This document shows positions 58,139 through 64,000 of a DNA stretch of 64,000 bases, one piece after another. The first letter of the stretch is position 1, and each line of letters opens with the position of its first letter. A program made the translations under genes and the position numbers. The notes below the pieces were generated by a model. The model was given only the letters and a program-made list of their open reading frames with translations. It did not search any database and had not been told where the DNA came from. Source of the DNA: Candidatus Bathyarchaeia archaeon (GTDB taxonomy: Archaea > Thermoproteota > Bathyarchaeia > Bathyarchaeales > Bathycorpusculaceae); NCBI GenBank assembly GCA_049512075.1, contig JBEKXL010000002.1, positions 32,001 to 96,000 on the forward strand, in the 5' to 3' direction.

Positions 58139-58714
58139 ATGAGCGAGAAATTGGCAAATCCAGCGCCGCTTGGACTGTTAGCCTTCGGACTAACAACCGT
58201 TCTGCTGAATCTGAGCAACGCTGGCATTTTTACAAACGGTCTTAGCATGATATTGGCAATGGGCATAGCTTACGGTGGCCTAGCTCAGATCATAGCTGGA
58301 GCGATGGAATTTAGGAAGGGAAATACGTTTGGCACAGTTGCATTCTCTTCCTATGGCTTCTTTTGGTGGTCTCTTGTCCTCCTTCTGTTACTTCCAAAGG
58401 TTTCGGGTCTCGGGTTTCTAGCACCCGAAGCAAACGCTATGGCAGCGTATTTCTTCATGTGGGGCCTGTTCACCTTCGTGATGTTCTTTGGGACGTTGAA
58501 AGCAAACCGGGCAATCCAGTTTGTTTTCATGAGCCTGGCAATTCTGTTCTTCCTTCTGACTGCTCATGAGTTGACTAATGACGCAACGCTGGGCACAATA
58601 ACAGGCTACGAGGGGGTCATTTGCGGACTGAGCGCCGTATATCTAGGCTTGGCTGAGGTGTTGAACGAGGCTCATGGAAAGGCTTTCCTGCCCATAGGTC
58701 CTATGAACAAATAG
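58139..58714 (+). CDS. satP: Acetate uptake transporter (SatP/GPR1/FUN34)
   Basis: ANPAPLGL signature, YGG..Q, SYG.FW. Confidence 0.93.
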   Translation: MSEKLANPAPLGLLAFGLTTVLLNLSNAGIFTNGLSMILAMGIAYGGLAQIIAGAMEFRKGNTFGTVAFSSYGFFWWSLVLLLLLPKVSGLGFLAPEANAMAAYFFMWGLFTFVMFFGTLKANRAIQFVFMSLAILFFLLTAHELTNDATLGTITGYEGVICGLSAVYLGLAEVLNEAHGKAFLPIGPMNK

Positions 58715-58798
58715 ATGCCTTCACCTTCCTATTTTCAGCCAAAAACGTTTATATTTCTGAAAGGGCGTTTGTCCACGAACTTCACGGAAGGATGAAAC

Positions 58799-60739
58799 AT
58801 GTCGGAAGCCAGTTTGCCATTCAATGATAAGGTGTATCCGGAAAGCAAGTTGAAAGAAGAATGGGAGAAATCCATAAAGAACCCGCAGGAGTTTTGGGCT
58901 GAAAAGGCTAAAGCCATCGATTGGTTCAAGACATGTGACAAGGTTCTGGACGATTCCAACCGACCCTTCTACAAATGGTTCTCAGGTGGCGTTCTGAACA
59001 TATGCTACAACGCGCTTGACAGACATTTGAAAACATCCAGGAAGAATATGCTGGCCTATATTTGGGAAGGGGAAGATGGAGAAGTTAGGACTTATTCGTT
59101 CTATCAACTTTATCGCGAGGTAAACAAGCTCGCAAAAATCTTCAAAGATCTGGGGCTCAACAAAGGCGACAGAGTGGCTGTCTATCTGCCGATGATCCCG
59201 GAGCTTCCGATCACGCTGCTCGCATGTGCTCGAATAGGCGCCGTTCACACAGTGGTCTTTTCAGGTTTCAGCGCAGAGTCCCTTGCGGACAGGATGAACG
59301 ATTCAGGAGCAAAGCTTCTGGTGACTGCTGACGGTGCTTATCGCCGTGGAAAGACGATGACTCTCAAGGACACTGCGGATCGTGCATTGCAGAGTGCGCC
59401 CGGCGTCCAAAAAATGGTCGTTGTCAAGAGAACTGGACAGGATGTTCCCATGAAAGAAGGAAGAGACGTCTGGTACAATGAGGCAATGAGCAAAGTCGAA
59501 CCAAATGCGTACGTTGCGCCTGAGCCCATGGAAGCCACAGAACCTCTGTTCATTCTGTACACGTCTGGAACTACAGGCAAGCCCAAGGGGATCCAGCATG
59601 GCATCGGAGGCTACCTAGTCTGGGCGTACTGGACTCTCAAGTGGGGTTTCAACCCTAACGAGGAGGACATTTGGTGGTGTACAGCCGACATAGGCTGGAT
59701 CACCGGGCACACGTACAACGTTTATGCTCCATTAGCATTGGGAGTGACCTCGCTGATTTTCGAGGGAACACCAGACTATCCAGCTCAGGACAGATGGTGG
59801 GAGATAATCGAGAAGCACGGAGTGACAATACTCTACACTACTCCCACAGCGATTAGGATGTTCATGAAGTTCGGCGAGCAATGGGCAACGAAACACGACA
59901 TCAGCTCCCTTAGACTCTTGGGAACAGTCGGAGAACCGATAAACCCCGAAGCGTGGAAATGGTACCACCGCATCATAGGAAAAGGAAAACTGCCCATCAT
60001 AGACACTTGGTGGCAGACCGAAACGGGCGGATTCATGATAGCCCCGCTTTCAGGCCTAGAACTCGTGCCCTTGAAACCCGGGTCAGCCACAAACCCTTTG
60101 CCCAGCGTCTACGCAGAGGTCTATGATGAAAACGGGCAACCGACGCCGACGGGCACGAAAGGATTCCTGGTGATCAAAACCCCTTGGCCCGGAATGCTTG
60201 AAACAATATGGAAGGATCCTGAAAGGTACAAGCAAACCTACTTCGGAAGATGGCCGAACATCTACTACTCAGGCGATTACGCAGTGAAGGATCCAGAGGG
60301 CTACTTCTGGCTGCTCGGGAGAGCTGATGAAGTGTTGAAGGTGGCCGGGCACAGGATAGGCACTGTCGAACTTGAAAGCGCGCTCGTATCACACCCCGCT
60401 GTTTCGGAGGCAGCGGTTATGGGTAAAGAAGATGCGCTCAAAGGCGAAGTTCCAGTAGCCTTCGTCACGTTGAGAAGCGGCTTCCAACCGTCAGACGAGC
60501 TGCGGGCCGACCTTGTGAAACACATAAGAAACACCATAGGCCCAATAGCAACACCAGACGCAATCGTAATCGTAAACAGGCTTCCCAAGACGCGGAGTGG
60601 GAAAATCATGAGAAGGCTCCTGAAGGCAGTGCTAGCCGGCGCAGCCTTAGGCGACGTCTCAACCCTGGAAGACGAAGCTTCAGTCGACGAGATCAAAGCA
60701 ACATACGATGAACTGAAAAGGCAACTCGAAAAGAAGTAG
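58799..60739 (+). CDS. acs: AMP-forming acetyl-CoA synthetase
   Basis: YTSGTTGKPKG, VGEPINP, DTWWQTETG, LPKTRSGKIMRR. Confidence 0.96.
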   Translation: MSEASLPFNDKVYPESKLKEEWEKSIKNPQEFWAEKAKAIDWFKTCDKVLDDSNRPFYKWFSGGVLNICYNALDRHLKTSRKNMLAYIWEGEDGEVRTYSFYQLYREVNKLAKIFKDLGLNKGDRVAVYLPMIPELPITLLACARIGAVHTVVFSGFSAESLADRMNDSGAKLLVTADGAYRRGKTMTLKDTADRALQSAPGVQKMVVVKRTGQDVPMKEGRDVWYNEAMSKVEPNAYVAPEPMEATEPLFILYTSGTTGKPKGIQHGIGGYLVWAYWTLKWGFNPNEEDIWWCTADIGWITGHTYNVYAPLALGVTSLIFEGTPDYPAQDRWWEIIEKHGVTILYTTPTAIRMFMKFGEQWATKHDISSLRLLGTVGEPINPEAWKWYHRIIGKGKLPIIDTWWQTETGGFMIAPLSGLELVPLKPGSATNPLPSVYAEVYDENGQPTPTGTKGFLVIKTPWPGMLETIWKDPERYKQTYFGRWPNIYYSGDYAVKDPEGYFWLLGRADEVLKVAGHRIGTVELESALVSHPAVSEAAVMGKEDALKGEVPVAFVTLRSGFQPSDELRADLVKHIRNTIGPIATPDAIVIVNRLPKTRSGKIMRRLLKAVLAGAALGDVSTLEDEASVDEIKATYDELKRQLEKK

Positions 60740-60835
60740 CATCCACTTCATCTCTTTTTCCATTCTAGACGGTGCCAGTGTAATCTCAAGAGTTCATGGA
60801 GAAGTCAGTTTGTCAGCTGTACCCACCGTGCTTTT

Positions 60836-62119
60836 TTATGGGTAGAATCTTCTGGTGGTCCTTGGGAAGGGTATGGCGTCTATTATGTTGTCCAGATCAA
60901 GCATCCATGTTATCAGTCTTTCTAGTCCCATTCCGAACCCGACGTGCGGTACAGTTCCGTAGCGTCGCAGGTCGATGTACCAGTCATAGTCTTCTTCTTT
61001 CAGTCCTAGTTCTTTAAGTCTTGCAACGAGTTTTTCCTTGTCATCTTCTCTCGCACCGCCGGTGGATATTTCCCCTATTCTTGGAACAAGCATGTCGGTT
61101 GACATGGCTAGGTCCGGTTTGTCCCTGTGGATCTTGCAGTAGAAGGCTTTGATCTGCTTGGGATAGTCGTATATGAAGAAGGGTTTGCCGAAGTCGTCTG
61201 CGAGAGCCTTCTCTTCTTCGTATCCGAGATCGTCCCCCCATTTTGTCTTGAAGTTCTTCGCGTTCAGCTTTTCGATTGCTTCCGTGTATGTTATTTTCGG
61301 GAAGGGCGTCTTCACCGAAGCGAGTTTTGCAAGGTCTGCGCCCAATTCTTGAAACTCTGGTTTGCAGGTCTCAACGGTTCGCCGGCAAATGTGGGCCAGG
61401 AGCTCTTCTTCCAGCCGTGTTAAGTCGTTCATGTCTGCGAAGGCTTGTTCGGCTTCGATGTGCCAATACTCGGTCAGGTGCCTGATAGTTCGGCTCTTCT
61501 CTGCCCTGAAGGATGGAGCTATGCAGTAGACTTTTTCCAGCGAGTATATCAAGATCTCAAGGTATAACTGGGCGCTTTGGGTCAGGTACATGTTCTGGTC
61601 AAAGTACTTCAAGCCGAAGAGCGTTGAACCGCCTTCGCAAGCGCTCGTAATAAACATTGGTGGAGAGACTTCGGTGAATTTCTGGTTCTCAAAGAATTCA
61701 CGCGTGAACTTTTGCACCTGGCTTCGCACTTTCATCACTAGGCTCATCTTGCGGCTTCGAAGCCACAGGTGACGCACATCGCGCAAGAACTCTTCGCTCT
61801 TATCTTTCGTTATTGGAAAGAGGTCGGCCAAGCCTATTATCGCCATTTTTTCTGTGACAACTTCATACCCGCCCGCAGCGCGTGCATCTTTCCTCACAAC
61901 CCCTTCCAGCGCCAGTGAAGATTCGATCGTGATCTTCTCAGCATCTTCCCAAGCCTGGCTCTCTTTCTTGACTGGGCATTGGATGATTCCAGTTGAGTCA
62001 CGTATCAGTAGGAATACTGTCTGTTTTCCCTCTCTCTTGCGGTAGATCCACCCTCTAATCGCGATTCTCTGGTCTTCAAATCCCCCAGAAAGAACCCGTT
62101 GAATCGGCGTGAAGCTCAT
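60836..62119 (-). CDS. asnS: Asparagine--tRNA ligase
   Basis: OB domain, YLTQSAQLYLE, FRAEKSRT.RHLTEY, WYIDLRRYG.VPH.GFG.G.ER. Confidence 0.92.
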   Translation of the reverse strand: MSFTPIQRVLSGGFEDQRIAIRGWIYRKREGKQTVFLLIRDSTGIIQCPVKKESQAWEDAEKITIESSLALEGVVRKDARAAGGYEVVTEKMAIIGLADLFPITKDKSEEFLRDVRHLWLRSRKMSLVMKVRSQVQKFTREFFENQKFTEVSPPMFITSACEGGSTLFGLKYFDQNMYLTQSAQLYLEILIYSLEKVYCIAPSFRAEKSRTIRHLTEYWHIEAEQAFADMNDLTRLEEELLAHICRRTVETCKPEFQELGADLAKLASVKTPFPKITYTEAIEKLNAKNFKTKWGDDLGYEEEKALADDFGKPFFIYDYPKQIKAFYCKIHRDKPDLAMSTDMLVPRIGEISTGGAREDDKEKLVARLKELGLKEEDYDWYIDLRRYGTVPHVGFGMGLERLITWMLDLDNIIDAIPFPRTTRRFYP

Positions 62120-62172
62120 ACGTGTCAACCTTCTCTTCCAATACTGTTTGCAGACCTAAAAATCTATCCTGA

Positions 62173-62188
62173 ATTAGCGCGCGCTAAT
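62173..62188. repeat. Perfect 16-bp palindrome ATTAGCGCGCGCTAAT (junction motif)
   Basis: Same TA-(GC)n-TA motif as in the island, between asnS and the GT2 gene. Confidence 0.8.
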
Positions 62189-62505
62189 CGATTTGTTACG
62201 TTTGATGTTTCTCCCAACATTCCAAAAAGCTATCACAGTTTGCTACTGTTACGTTTTGGAGTTGTGAAGAAGAATTTTGCGCCCTTGATGAAAGTTTTGA
62301 TCTGATTGACAATAGGTAGCAGGCGTGATGATTGCGCGCGCGGTGAACTATCATGTGAAGTCGATTTGCTTGGCTGTTCAGCGAGAGGTTACGTGCTGTT
62401 GAGGGAAGACAAGCAGACTTGACACATTTTCCCTAGCGGAATAATCTGTATATGCATGTCTTGGTTCGGTTGGCTAGTGAGAACAACTGTAATGATGTTT
62501 AAAGA

Positions 62506-64000
62506 ATGTTGACCAAGTTTGTTTCACTGATTCTTGCAATCTCTTTAGTAGTTACATTAGGCGTGTTTATCCCCCTGGCGATTGATCATTTCAATGACAA
62601 TACGTTTAGCGACATCACGATTTTGGACACTCCTCCTCTTCTTGAAGCTCTACAGCAGGTGCAAGATAGAGGGATTTATATGTGCATTCATGGATGGCGC
62701 CACGAGGATTTCTCTACGCTTACAGCTCAGCAAGCCTTGGACGCTGTTGAGAAGAGCCTTGAAGTCTTTAGGAAAGCAAACCTCGTTCCAGCCGCCTTCA
62801 TACCTCCCTACCAAGACTTTGGCACGCTTCCCCCATCTGTCAGAGCAGCCATAGAAAGCACAGGAATAGCTACAAGCCTTCCAGTGCTCAAGTCGAACGG
62901 CACTCGAGTTGCTGGTTACGGTTGGCTCTGGCGCACGATGAAGAGTTTCGAGGATAATCGATACCGAGCCGCGGCTGCTTCTATCATCTCTGAACAACCT
63001 ACGTCGATTTACCTGCACGTAGAAGATTGGAATCCTTTTCTGAAACAGTTGATGTGTGACTACCTTCAAGAAACTCAAGTCGTCAACGTGACTATCCGTA
63101 TCGACGATATAGAAGTCAACACTCCGGTGGAAAAAATCATTGACATGGCTGATTTACTAAACTACACTTCTGTGGGGCGTGTCGCGTATTCCATCATTCC
63201 TTCTGGAACCTGGCGAGGCGGCGACCCAACGATTTACGGCATTAGCGTAAACAACATATTCCATTCATACTGGTTCTTCTTCTTGGCAACAGCATTCTTC
63301 CCTTTCGCATTCCTGTTTCTGTGGCGGGGCATGTCGTCGCGAAATAGAGGAGGGGGTAAGACCGACGAAAATCACGCATCTGATGACCCTCATGCAAAGC
63401 CTCCCGAGGGCGGACAGCTTGTTTCAGTTGTCGTTCCAGCTTACAACGAAGAAGAAAACATCGGCAGATGCATAGAAAGCATTCTAACCCAAGATTTCAC
63501 CGGCCAGCTGGAGCTTATTATCGTTAACGACGGCTCAACCGACAAAACCTCCGAGATCGCTTCAAAATATCCTGTGAAATTAATTGATCTCCCGAAGAAT
63601 GGCGGCAAAGCCCAAGCTTTGAACGTTGGAACAAGAAGCGCGCGAGGCGAAATCATAGTATTTTCTGATTCAGACTCCGAAATGTCACATGGGGCTTTGA
63701 CGTCGATTTCAAAATGTTTCGAAGATGATCCAGATGTTGAAGCAGTCGCCGGGAATGTTCTCGTTAAGACCTCAGACGGAAAACACAGTTTTCTACGAGA
63801 TTTCCAGGAAATCGAGTACCTTTTGGAGCAGGAAGTCAGTCGTTTCCTTCAGAGTAGCGAAGGCAAAGTGCTGGTCTGCCCTGGGCCGCTCTTTGCCGTG
63901 AAGCGAAGAATCGCCGAGAAAACACCGTTTAGCAGCGTCACAGTCGTAGAAGATGCGGATTTCACCCTTTGCGTTCTGAGGAAATATTCAAAAATAGTTC
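62506..64000 (+). CDS. Polysaccharide deacetylase-like domain fused to GT2 glycosyltransferase (runs off window end; not in ORF track)
   Basis: Open frame from ATG 62506: N-terminal TM, HGWRH, FIPPY, IRIDDI, TM, then VSVVVPAYNEE, VNDGSTD, GKAQALN, DSD, VEDADF. Confidence 0.88.
   Translation, partial: MLTKFVSLILAISLVVTLGVFIPLAIDHFNDNTFSDITILDTPPLLEALQQVQDRGIYMCIHGWRHEDFSTLTAQQALDAVEKSLEVFRKANLVPAAFIPPYQDFGTLPPSVRAAIESTGIATSLPVLKSNGTRVAGYGWLWRTMKSFEDNRYRAAAASIISEQPTSIYLHVEDWNPFLKQLMCDYLQETQVVNVTIRIDDIEVNTPVEKIIDMADLLNYTSVGRVAYSIIPSGTWRGGDPTIYGISVNNIFHSYWFFFLATAFFPFAFLFLWRGMSSRNRGGGKTDENHASDDPHAKPPEGGQLVSVVVPAYNEEENIGRCIESILTQDFTGQLELIIVNDGSTDKTSEIASKYPVKLIDLPKNGGKAQALNVGTRSARGEIIVFSDSDSEMSHGALTSISKCFEDDPDVEAVAGNVLVKTSDGKHSFLRDFQEIEYLLEQEVSRFLQSSEGKVLVCPGPLFAVKRRIAEKTPFSSVTVVEDADFTLCVLRKYSKIV

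Overview
Archaeal chromosomal window, most consistent with Bathyarchaeia (PolD DP1/DP2, Elf1, Cdc6, Alba, GGGP synthase, dockerin-tailed secreted proteins; taxonomy is inference). Left part (1-30.7 kb) is core: a probable replication origin (ORB boxes on both sides of cdc6) followed by three uncharacterised HTH genes interleaved with two short-repeat arrays, then NAD, lipid, PolD, glyA and POR genes. Middle (~30.8-47.6 kb) is an AT-richer accessory/defence island: two dockerin genes, a solo cas1 (no cas2, no CRISPR array), ParB-ASCH plus partner, McrBC (DUF2357 type), a UvrD/helicase IV-nuclease, a 1054-aa P-loop ATPase with a probable HEPN tail and a MITE-like element. Most module junctions of this island carry one short palindromic motif, TA-(GC-rich 6-10 bp)-TA (e.g. 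TAGCGCGCGCTA). It supplies three stop codons, joins two 5'-truncated genes head to head, forms inverted ends around two transposase-less cargo genes and a MITE, and reappears at the next core/accessory boundary (62.2 kb). This is my best candidate for an undescribed cassette-capture/recombination system. Right part (47.7-62.1 kb) is core translation/metabolism (eif5a, srp54-pus10-rpl21e-rpo4-rsmA, P-type ATPase, satP-acs, asnS) with a C/D box sRNA. The window ends in a deacetylase-GT2 fusion. All calls are by eye from motifs; no database searches were run.
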